A model generated the notes under the pieces. The model was not told the DNA's origin and searched no databases. It was given only the letters and a program-made list of their open reading frames with translations. Shown in pieces: positions 8,094-16,374 of a stretch of 49,718 nucleotides of DNA. The stretch lies in assembly GCA_021828665.1 (NCBI GenBank), contig JAJZDH010000001.1, forward strand, positions 1-49,718, written 5' to 3'. Position 1 is the first letter of the stretch; every line of letters begins with the position of its first letter. The translations under genes were made by a program, and so were the position numbers. The stretch comes from Thermoplasmata archaeon. GTDB taxonomy: Archaea > Thermoplasmatota > Thermoplasmata > Lutacidiplasmatales > UBA184.

Positions 8094-11000
8094 TTAGCCA
8101 CGCGTCCCATACGTCCGGATGAACTCCTCCGCCCACGCGAGCGTTTCCGGAGTGATGCTCGACTTCGTCTTCCCGACGGCGGCGAGGAGGTTGCTCATGC
8201 GGATGCCGACCACCTCGCTCTTCGGTTCCTTGGCGCCGACCTTGACCGCCCCCTTGCCGAACAGCCCGCCGACTCCCCCGGCGGGGGAGGCGGAAACCTC
8301 CGTCACGAGCTGCTCCCGCAGGGCGATCAGCTTCGCCTCATCGACACAATTGGCGATGTCGGCCCCGCTGAAGCCGTCCGAGCGCCGGGAAAGGTCCCCG
8401 AAGTCGACGCTCCCGTCCACGGGCACGCCCTTCAGATGGATCCGGAAGATATCCTGGCGGGCCGCGACATCGGGCGGCGGCACGTAGAAGATCTTGTCGA
8501 ACCGACCCGGTCGCAGCAGCGCCGGATCGAGCGTCTGGGGCCGGTTGGTGGTGGCGATGATGATGACCTTGTCCTTCGGCCGCAGCCCGTCCATTTCCGT
8601 CAGGAACTGGCTGACCGCCCGGGAGACTTCGGGGGTGCGCATCGATTCCTTCGACGCGAGGGCGTCAATCTCGTCGAAGAAGACGATGGACGGGGCATTC
8701 TCGCGCGCCCGGTAGAGCACATCCCGCACGGCCGCCTCGCTCTGCCCGGCGAGGGCGCTCACCAGCTCCGGACCGTTCACGATCTGCATCGGGACGTTGA
8801 GCTCGTTCGCCGCCGCCCGCATGATGTGGGTCTTCCCGCACCCCGGGGGACCGAAGAGGAGGATGCCCCGGCCGCTCTTGATCTTGTAGCTCTCCATGAG
8901 CTCGGGCCGGGTGAGCGGCAGTTCGACATACTCCCGGATCGCCTGCTTGATGTCGGTGAGCCCGCCGACATCGTCCCAGTGGACGACGATCTTGCGCTCC
9001 ATCCGCTGGGTCTGGTGCATCTTCCGCTCGTAGTCGAGCTTCATCGTCTCGTAGTCCGTGATCATCCGCAGCGAGATCGAGGGCTTGATCCGGGGCATGA
9101 CCTGGTTGAAGTCGTCCATGGTGATGACGCTGTCCGCCTTCGTCATCATCGACCTGCGGACGGCGATCGTGGCCGCCTCGCGCACCAGGTTGGCCAGATC
9201 GGCGCCGCTGAACCGCTCCGTCTTCTTCGCGATCTCGGAGAGATCGATGTCTCCCGCGACCGGTCGTCCGGAGAGGTGGACATGGATGATCTCCATGCGC
9301 TCGTTGAAGTCGGGGGGCGGCACGTAGATGATCTTGTCCAGCCGGCCAGGGCGCATCAGGGCCGGGTCGATCATGTCGGGCTTGTTGGTGGATCCGATGA
9401 CGATGACCCCCGCGGACTTGTCGATACCGTCCATCTCGCTCAGCAGGATGGAAAGGATGCGCGGCGTGACATCATCGGCGGTGTACATGTCCCGGCGCTT
9501 GGCCACCGCATCGATTTCATCCATGAACAGGATGCACGGGGAACGCTCCCGGGCCGTGCGCAGGAGATCGGCGACCCGGTTTTCGGACTCCCCGTACCAC
9601 TTGCTCATGAGGTCGGAGCACTTGATGGAGATCATCTCCACCCCGAGCTCGCTCGCGAGCGCCTTCATGAGCATCGTCTTCCCGCAGCCGGGGGGACCGA
9701 ACAGCAGAATCCCCTTCGGCGGCTCCAGCTTGAACCGGGTGGTCACGTCCTTGCGCATCAAGGGGATGATCATCGACTCCTTGATGTCCGCCTTGACATC
9801 GTGGAGCCCTCCGACCATCTCGAAGGTGGTCTTCTGCAGCCCCTTCATCTCGGCGACCCGGGAGCCGACGCTGGTGGCCCCGAGGCGGCTCGTGAAGTAG
9901 GACTCGAAGACATCCTTGAGGACCAGCCCTCCCGCGACGCACGTGATCATGGCCGGGATGAACAAGAGGGCGCCGATCATCCAGAGCGAGGTGTAGTTGA
10001 AGGCGACCATGCCCACCAGGGTGACCCCCGCGAGCACGGCCCCGGCGATCGCTCCCGACTGGAACAGGTTGCGCTCCGTCTGGCGCTCCCTTTCCTTGAA
10101 AGCGACGGTGACGATCCAGGCGGCGAATACCCACGCGCCGATCTGGGCCATGGGAATCGCGAGCTCCCCGAAGCCGCCGGAGCCCTGGACCAGCACCTGG
10201 AAGTTCGGGAACAGAAGGTTCGCGTAGGCCGAACCGATGCTGTTGAGCGTGAAGTACGGGATGGGAAGCGTCGGGAGCAGGGCCGCGGCGTGACCCGACA
10301 CCAGGGTGCGGCTTCCGTTCCCTCCGGGGCCCACCAGGTACCCAAAGATCGGCAGATTTCCGAGCGTGACGAAGAGGCTGATCAGGAGCCCGCCCGCCAC
10401 CGCCACCGCGAGGCCGAGATAGAGCGAGAAGATGAGGGCCATGAAGATCGGGACGGCGAACGACAGGCCCACGGGGGCGAGGAACAGCGTGAGCAGCGTT
10501 CCGAACGCGAACCGCCAATCGACGAGGCCCGCGTACAGGACCGGCAACACGGCGAAGAGGAAGACCAGCCCCAACGCCCCGCTCTGGTACGCCACTTCCG
10601 GAACCACGAGGAGCGTGAGGACCAGGAGGGCGAGCTGGGGGTATTTCCAGGCGATCGCCATCACCGCGCCCACGATCAGGATGACGTACGGCCAGGGATA
10701 GAACGGGAACATGAATCCCGCGAACGCCGCCGTGGCGCCGAGGAGCCCGACGACCAGGTTCCGGGGGTCCTTCGTCTGCTGGCGGACCCACTTCTCGAGC
10801 GGGGAAGCGAAGACGAACGCCCCGATCAGGCAGAGGATCCCGAGGATGATGAGGAAGAGGAACAAGCCGTCGTATTGCCAGTTGGGCACCGGCTGGATAT
10901 ACTGGCCACCGATGGCGACGGCGGAAGCCCCGGTGGGTCCGCCCTGCGAGATCGCCGCATGCGTCGCGTCCGCCGCGGCATCCAGCGTGAGATAGCTCAC

Positions 11001-11807
11001 CGAGCTGTAGACTCCCCCCGGTAGCTGGGTCTGGACGATGGTGAAGGTCATGAGCACCGAACTCCCCGCGGAGAGCCAGCCGAGCTGACCTTGGTAGGTG
11101 CCGAACAGATCGGTCGCGAGCGTCGATTGGGTGGTCGCCTGCAGCGACGGTTCGCCGGTGATGGAAGCGAAGGCGAGGGTCGTGATGCCGGAGCTGGAAT
11201 TGTACTGGACGGAAGAGACCTTGTCCTTGATGTAGACCGTGTCGCCCACCGACACGCCCTTCGTCAGGCGGACCACGTGGACCGCGGGATTCGCGTTCCA
11301 CATCTGGGCGCCCGAATCGGTCAGGAACTGGGAGGCCGTCTGCGTCCCGGTCGAATACGGCTGCCCGGCGATCTCGGAGTAGAAGGTGAAGCTGAGGGCG
11401 GCCCCCACGATGACCAGAAGAAGTCCCGCGATGGCGAGCGACACCCAGATGCGCCGACCGCTCTGGCCCTTGGCCGGAATCCCGACGCCGCTCCGTTTGG
11501 CGGGTGGGAGACGAACCTGAGCCACGGGGGCCCGAGCCGACGGGGTGGGTTTGATGGCGGTCCCGGGGCTCTTCGCCGAGGGCTGGATTCCCGTGGACGG
11601 CTTCGCCACGGTGCCGGAGGGGGCGGCCCGCGGAGCGGCACCGGGGGAGCCGGTCCCGGCCGGGGCGCTCGCCGGCCGGGCAGGGGCCGGAGCGGCGGGT
11701 CGGGCGGGCACCGGTGCCGGAGCCCCCGGTCCCGATACGGGTGTACCGGCCACAGGGCTGGGCGCGGCCGACGTGTTCTTCTTCTGGGGATTCGCTTCTC
11801 CGCTCAT
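8094..11807 (-). CDS. Cdc48/VCP-like double AAA+ ATPase fused to a large N-terminal polytopic membrane domain (1237 aa)
   Basis: ATG at 11807 is preceded by GGAGG 13 nt upstream. The C-terminal 577 aa (8097-9827) contain two complete AAA cassettes: Walker A GPPGCGKT twice, Walker B ILFMDEID and IVFFDEID, arginine-finger regions PALMRPGRLD and PALLRPGRFD. The N-terminal ~660 aa have a Pro/Ala-rich ~140-aa segment, a TM helix (IWVSLAIAGLLLVIVGAAL), a ~200-aa Ser/Thr-rich loop, and about ten more hydrophobic helices. Confidence 0.9.
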   Translation of the reverse strand: MSGEANPQKKNTSAAPSPVAGTPVSGPGAPAPVPARPAAPAPARPASAPAGTGSPGAAPRAAPSGTVAKPSTGIQPSAKSPGTAIKPTPSARAPVAQVRLPPAKRSGVGIPAKGQSGRRIWVSLAIAGLLLVIVGAALSFTFYSEIAGQPYSTGTQTASQFLTDSGAQMWNANPAVHVVRLTKGVSVGDTVYIKDKVSSVQYNSSSGITTLAFASITGEPSLQATTQSTLATDLFGTYQGQLGWLSAGSSVLMTFTIVQTQLPGGVYSSVSYLTLDAAADATHAAISQGGPTGASAVAIGGQYIQPVPNWQYDGLFLFLIILGILCLIGAFVFASPLEKWVRQQTKDPRNLVVGLLGATAAFAGFMFPFYPWPYVILIVGAVMAIAWKYPQLALLVLTLLVVPEVAYQSGALGLVFLFAVLPVLYAGLVDWRFAFGTLLTLFLAPVGLSFAVPIFMALIFSLYLGLAVAVAGGLLISLFVTLGNLPIFGYLVGPGGNGSRTLVSGHAAALLPTLPIPYFTLNSIGSAYANLLFPNFQVLVQGSGGFGELAIPMAQIGAWVFAAWIVTVAFKERERQTERNLFQSGAIAGAVLAGVTLVGMVAFNYTSLWMIGALLFIPAMITCVAGGLVLKDVFESYFTSRLGATSVGSRVAEMKGLQKTTFEMVGGLHDVKADIKESMIIPLMRKDVTTRFKLEPPKGILLFGPPGCGKTMLMKALASELGVEMISIKCSDLMSKWYGESENRVADLLRTARERSPCILFMDEIDAVAKRRDMYTADDVTPRILSILLSEMDGIDKSAGVIVIGSTNKPDMIDPALMRPGRLDKIIYVPPPDFNERMEIIHVHLSGRPVAGDIDLSEIAKKTERFSGADLANLVREAATIAVRRSMMTKADSVITMDDFNQVMPRIKPSISLRMITDYETMKLDYERKMHQTQRMERKIVVHWDDVGGLTDIKQAIREYVELPLTRPELMESYKIKSGRGILLFGPPGCGKTHIMRAAANELNVPMQIVNGPELVSALAGQSEAAVRDVLYRARENAPSIVFFDEIDALASKESMRTPEVSRAVSQFLTEMDGLRPKDKVIIIATTNRPQTLDPALLRPGRFDKIFYVPPPDVAARQDIFRIHLKGVPVDGSVDFGDLSRRSDGFSGADIANCVDEAKLIALREQLVTEVSASPAGGVGGLFGKGAVKVGAKEPKSEVVGIRMSNLLAAVGKTKSSITPETLAWAEEFIRTYGTRG

Positions 11808-11832
11808 CGCTCTTCGTTCTCCTCCGTTTCTT

Positions 11833-13656
11833 CTAAAGCGTAATTCGCCGTTGCTCTTCCTCGGCCTTCTTTCGGCGCTCTCGGAACCAGGGCCACACAA
11901 AGGCGAGGGCGATCACCGCCGCGCCGAGCCCCAGCACCGATCCGACCGGTACCGTGGGGATCGAGGAGACGGTCGTCTCGGAAACTGGGCCCGATGCCAC
12001 GTAGAACAGGACCGTGAACGGCGTGGAATTCGTGAGAATGACCGTGGTGGTGTAGCTCCGTCCGAACGCCGTGATTCCCAGCTGATACGCCCCGTACCCC
12101 AGCGCGAGGGTCTGGAGATCGGAGCCGTGGGGAATGACCGGGACGACAAACCCGAGCGGCGTCCCATCTCCCGTCTCGCTCCAGGAGGCGTTCGAAAGGG
12201 TGAAATTGAGGCCGGCCACGAGGCCGGTCCCGGCGATATCCAGCGCCTCCACATAGAAGACCTCGCGATCGGTGGGATAGGGGGTGGACGGGAAGCGGCC
12301 CGTGGAATAGGTGTAGTTTCGCGAGAAGACGGGGGTGCCGAAGATGTCCTTCGCACTCACAAAGAACGTGACCGAACTCTCCGGAGGCAACCCCGGGATG
12401 TTCGCGAACGACGAATTGGGGCTCGTCGGCGTCATCGGAAGGACTCCGGAGTGGGTGGCCTCTCCGTTCGCGAAGACGAAGTTCACCTGGGCCGATCCGA
12501 TCGTGATGTTCGGCTGCGGCTCGTGGATGGTGACATTCACGGCCGTCCCCACGCCCACGATTCCGTTCGCGGGCGGCAGGACATTGGGGTTGGTCGCGAG
12601 GATCAGATTCGAGAGCAGCCCCTGGTTCGGAAACTTCCAGCCACCATGGATGGACCAATTGAAGGTGTACTGCGGGCTGTAGAGGCGGTCGATGGCACCC
12701 CCTTCCCAGGGCAACCAGGCCGTTACGTTGAAACTCACGGTGGAATTGGGGTAGGGACCGATCGGTTGAAGGAGTTGGACCGTGGTGTGGTTCGCGGGCG
12801 CGAAGGCGGCCGTCCGGGTCGTGCTGGATCCCGACTGGTTCACCGAATAGGTGAGCTGGGCGGCGGGGATGGTGCCCACAAGTAGCCCTGGAGGGGCGAG
12901 AGCGTTGAGCGTGATCTGCAATCCCTGATCTGGATTCGGAGCGAAGCTCGGCGAGGCCAGGGCGGGAGGGTTCGTCGACAGTTGAATGCTGTTCGAGAAG
13001 TTCTCGGAACTCCACGGGCCCTGGACAAAGAACAGCCAGCTCGCGGTCAGCCCCGGCCCATCCGGATACGAGTACGGATTGGTAGAATAGATCACCGCGG
13101 GAGTCGCTCCGAGGCCGGTCAGCGTGAGGTTGAAGAGCACCGTATCTCCGGGCCAGAAGAAGCGGTAATCGTTGAAGAAGAAGGAGGCCTGGTTCGGGGA
13201 GCTGGAATTGACCAGCATCTGCTCCGTCCGGGGGTTCTGGGGAGAGTAGCTCGGAATGGGCGTCTGACGGTTCTGGACCGGCCATTCCGTCCCCCAGATC
13301 GTGACGTTGGCGTAGATGAGCGGTTTGTCCGTCGAGATGTTCATCCAAAACCCGTTGGCGTACTCGGGAACATCGTTGATCACCGGCTCGGTAGTGAATT
13401 GCGTCCCGAACGAAGGACTTCCGCCGGGAAGCGCGAACGTAACCTGCACGTCATGGGAGAAGTTCGAACTCCCCCAGAGCGGGGCCGGAGAGGCCGCGAT
13501 GGAGGCTCCACGGGGGACCCCCGCGGAGAAGGCGGGACGAGGCGGTTCCCGAGCGGATCCACCGACGGAGATTCCGCCAAGGAGCGCCGTCCCGCTGAGG
13601 ACCATGACGAGAGCCACCGCGACCGCGAGAACCGGACGTTCCGACAGGATCCTCAT
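11833..13656 (-). CDS. Membrane-anchored surface glycoprotein, 607 aa, paralogous in architecture to the upstream gene
   Basis: Internal ATG at 13656 (MRILSERPVLAVAVALVMVLSGTALLGG) overlaps the upstream stop (ATGA 13653-13656). Asn/Ser/Thr-rich with many N-x-S/T sequons. C-terminal TM VPVGSVLGLGAAVIALAFVWPWF, then the tail RERRKKAEEEQRRITL. The region upstream of 13656 in the track ORF is His/Arg/Pro-rich junk. Confidence 0.8.
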   Translation of the reverse strand: MRILSERPVLAVAVALVMVLSGTALLGGISVGGSAREPPRPAFSAGVPRGASIAASPAPLWGSSNFSHDVQVTFALPGGSPSFGTQFTTEPVINDVPEYANGFWMNISTDKPLIYANVTIWGTEWPVQNRQTPIPSYSPQNPRTEQMLVNSSSPNQASFFFNDYRFFWPGDTVLFNLTLTGLGATPAVIYSTNPYSYPDGPGLTASWLFFVQGPWSSENFSNSIQLSTNPPALASPSFAPNPDQGLQITLNALAPPGLLVGTIPAAQLTYSVNQSGSSTTRTAAFAPANHTTVQLLQPIGPYPNSTVSFNVTAWLPWEGGAIDRLYSPQYTFNWSIHGGWKFPNQGLLSNLILATNPNVLPPANGIVGVGTAVNVTIHEPQPNITIGSAQVNFVFANGEATHSGVLPMTPTSPNSSFANIPGLPPESSVTFFVSAKDIFGTPVFSRNYTYSTGRFPSTPYPTDREVFYVEALDIAGTGLVAGLNFTLSNASWSETGDGTPLGFVVPVIPHGSDLQTLALGYGAYQLGITAFGRSYTTTVILTNSTPFTVLFYVASGPVSETTVSSIPTVPVGSVLGLGAAVIALAFVWPWFRERRKKAEEEQRRITL

Positions 13657-15731
13657 AGGGTCACCCGCTTCTCCTGCTCCTTCCGACGTTCCGAAATGGC
13701 CCGCCACCACCAGACAATGGGGATCATCGCGCCCAAGGCGACGAGCAATCCCAGGGTCGGCCCGATCAGCACCGGAACGACCAACGGCGCGGGCGAGAAG
13801 GTTGCGGCCGGAGCCGTGGAATTGAGCCAAAAGAACAATTGATTCCCCGATTGCACAATCGTGTAATCGTTGGTCTGGGCCAGTGTCCCTTGGGCGACCA
13901 TCGGATTGGTCAGCTTCAGGAGAATCGAGATGGGAGGGCTCGCCTGGGAGGTTCCCGACGGCACGAAGGCTGCATCGGTGACGGTGATGTTGTAGGTAAT
14001 ATTGGCGGGGAGCAGCAGAGGGACTTCCGGGGACGCCGAGGAGTTGGGATAGGCGATCCCGTACAGGGTGCGGGCCCGAACATTGATGAATCCGCCGGAA
14101 GCCACGATGCTCACCGACGCCCCGCTCACCCAGGAATGGGTCCCGTTGTCGTAGACATAGATCCACACGAAGGCCAGATTCGATGCTTGCGCGGGGACCA
14201 CCTGCTGGAAGGTCTGGATACTGTAGCCGTACAGCGAGGACGTCTCCGGGGTGGACGCATAATCCCATACAGTTATGGTGAAATTGATGTACGAACCAAT
14301 GGGGATGGCCGGCAATACACCCTCCAGGTGCGTTGAATTGACTCGTTGCAAATAGAATTGACCGCCCACCTCTTCCTTGAGCGCCGGGAGGCTAAAGGAG
14401 TACTGAATGATGCCACTCCGGAGAGCGGTCCCCAGGTTCCGGCTGGCCACCAGCACCGAGACCGCGGTTCCGGGCGGAAGAACGACCGGATTGGTCACAG
14501 GGGGTTTCGGCATCGGACCGATCGTAGGGGGAATCCCGTTGCTGGGGGTCACCGTCACGGCGATGTCGTCCTGGAAGACCCCGGAAACGAAGGTGCCGTT
14601 CGAATGAACATAATATCCCTGCGTGGGGAGCGTGATCTGGTCCGGGGTGTACTTGGTCGTATCCACCGCGTCGTTGGCCACGATCGAGTAGGAAATGATG
14701 GTCCCCGGAATCTGCGCGTAGCTCGACGGAATGATCGCATACGTGGACGCGAGCCCATGAACTCCGACGCCCGGGGCCAGGAAGGGAATGGTCACATTTG
14801 GCAATGTGACCCCGTCCGGCAACGTCGCGTACAGATTCAACAGAGCACTTCCGATCGTGGCCGAATTGTTATCGACGTTGTCGGCGGCCGTGGTTCGAAT
14901 CGTGATGTTCGTCGAGTCATTCCAATTGGGAGTAATGGGGTTCTGGAAGACCTGGAGATCGAGCGTGGAGGCGTTCGGCCCCCCATACTGAGCGGCCTGC
15001 GGGTAGGGCGAAAACGCCCACGCGGTGGCGATGCGGTAGTGGAAGACGGGGCTCGACAGATGGGTGTAGACACCGGAGGGCTGCCGGGTCACGATATAGA
15101 TCGACCAGGAGACATACTCCCCCGGGAAGAAATTCGGAACCCCGGAGCTGTTCCCGTCAATGACGAGCTGATACCAATACTTGTACGTCCGGTTCGTCAC
15201 CCCCGACACCGAGCTCCAATAGTTGGAATTCGTGTTGGAATGCCAGATCGTCCCGTCGTAGGCATTCATGTACGGATCGCCGTTCCAAAGAACTCCGGAG
15301 ACGTTGATCCGAAGCGGCGTCTTGTTGCTGTTCCCGGTGGGAGAGGGGGGATTGATCGTCGTGAGGGGGTATTCGCTCTTGACATAGAATGAGATCGTGG
15401 CGTTGGGTAGGGGCAGCGTATTGGATGTCAGGTTGCCAGGGGTAGGGACCACGTTGTAGGATCCATTCTTGGCGGAAACGCAGATGGTGGTGTTGATCTT
15501 GAAGCAGGTGTAGTTGTCGGTGGGGTCGAGGGGACGCAGGGAAGTTTGGGGGCGAGCGTGGGACGAGGCCGCCGGCGTCGGGGAAGGAACGGCCGACGGC
15601 GCCCCCAACGAGCCGACCGCTCCCGGAAGGAGACCGGACGCTATCAGCGACAGAAGGACCAGAAGGATGGGAACGGCTCTCACCAAGTTCGAAACGTGCG
15701 GCCGGCTCACTGGATCAAAACTTTCCTTCAT
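13653..15731 (-). CDS. Membrane-anchored surface glycoprotein, ~692 aa
   Basis: First ATG at 15731 (MKESFDPVSRPHVSNLVRAVPILLVLLSLIASGLLPGAVG = signal/anchor). The track ORF starts at a TTG at 15809, which is a possible alternative. Asn-rich sequon-dense ectodomain. C-terminal TM LIGPTLGLLVALGAMIPIVWWW, then the tail RAISERRKEQEKRVTL. Confidence 0.8.
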   Translation of the reverse strand: MKESFDPVSRPHVSNLVRAVPILLVLLSLIASGLLPGAVGSLGAPSAVPSPTPAASSHARPQTSLRPLDPTDNYTCFKINTTICVSAKNGSYNVVPTPGNLTSNTLPLPNATISFYVKSEYPLTTINPPSPTGNSNKTPLRINVSGVLWNGDPYMNAYDGTIWHSNTNSNYWSSVSGVTNRTYKYWYQLVIDGNSSGVPNFFPGEYVSWSIYIVTRQPSGVYTHLSSPVFHYRIATAWAFSPYPQAAQYGGPNASTLDLQVFQNPITPNWNDSTNITIRTTAADNVDNNSATIGSALLNLYATLPDGVTLPNVTIPFLAPGVGVHGLASTYAIIPSSYAQIPGTIISYSIVANDAVDTTKYTPDQITLPTQGYYVHSNGTFVSGVFQDDIAVTVTPSNGIPPTIGPMPKPPVTNPVVLPPGTAVSVLVASRNLGTALRSGIIQYSFSLPALKEEVGGQFYLQRVNSTHLEGVLPAIPIGSYINFTITVWDYASTPETSSLYGYSIQTFQQVVPAQASNLAFVWIYVYDNGTHSWVSGASVSIVASGGFINVRARTLYGIAYPNSSASPEVPLLLPANITYNITVTDAAFVPSGTSQASPPISILLKLTNPMVAQGTLAQTNDYTIVQSGNQLFFWLNSTAPAATFSPAPLVVPVLIGPTLGLLVALGAMIPIVWWWRAISERRKEQEKRVTL

Positions 15732-16374
15732 ATCTACCGTTTCCCCGGTGACGTGGTTGGACTGCTGTCTCGCAGAAGGTCGTGGGTGATGGGCCGCTAG
15801 TCGCCTCAAGGGTTCCGTCGTGGGGGGACGCTTGGGGGGTTATAGACTTCTAGCCCTCGGGCTCGGGAGGATTGGCGGCGGTTGAGTTCCGGCGCCGCCT
15901 CTCCCGGGCCTGCTGGATCTCGAGTGAGGCGCGTGGAGGATCCCCCCACCTTCGGGCCCCAGGTGGAGGCCGATCTATCGAATCCCACGGCGAGCTCCTG
16001 GCCGGGGCCGGCCACGTCCCCCGACCTTGCCATGGAATCGACCGGGCCGGCCGCTATCGGCCCTCTCCCGGGAACCTACGGCGGGAAGGGAGTCCGCCCG
16101 ACCCGGCGCCTCGAGGACGCCCCCCGATTCCGACGCCGTCCATGGAATCTCGCCGCCTTCCGGAGGGAGCGAACGAGTTCCCGGGGATCCCGCGTGAAGC
16201 TTCTCCCGCTCCCTTTCCGCGGTCCCGTCCGGAGCTCCAGCGGTCCCCCCGGGACCGCTTGCCGGGCGGGTGGCCCGGCAGAGGGGCCCGTCTTCCCCGA
16301 TGGGAACCGGACCCACGACCCCGCGGGGAGGGGGAGCCCCGAGGGGGTCCGTCGGTCGGGGTGGCATGGTCGGC

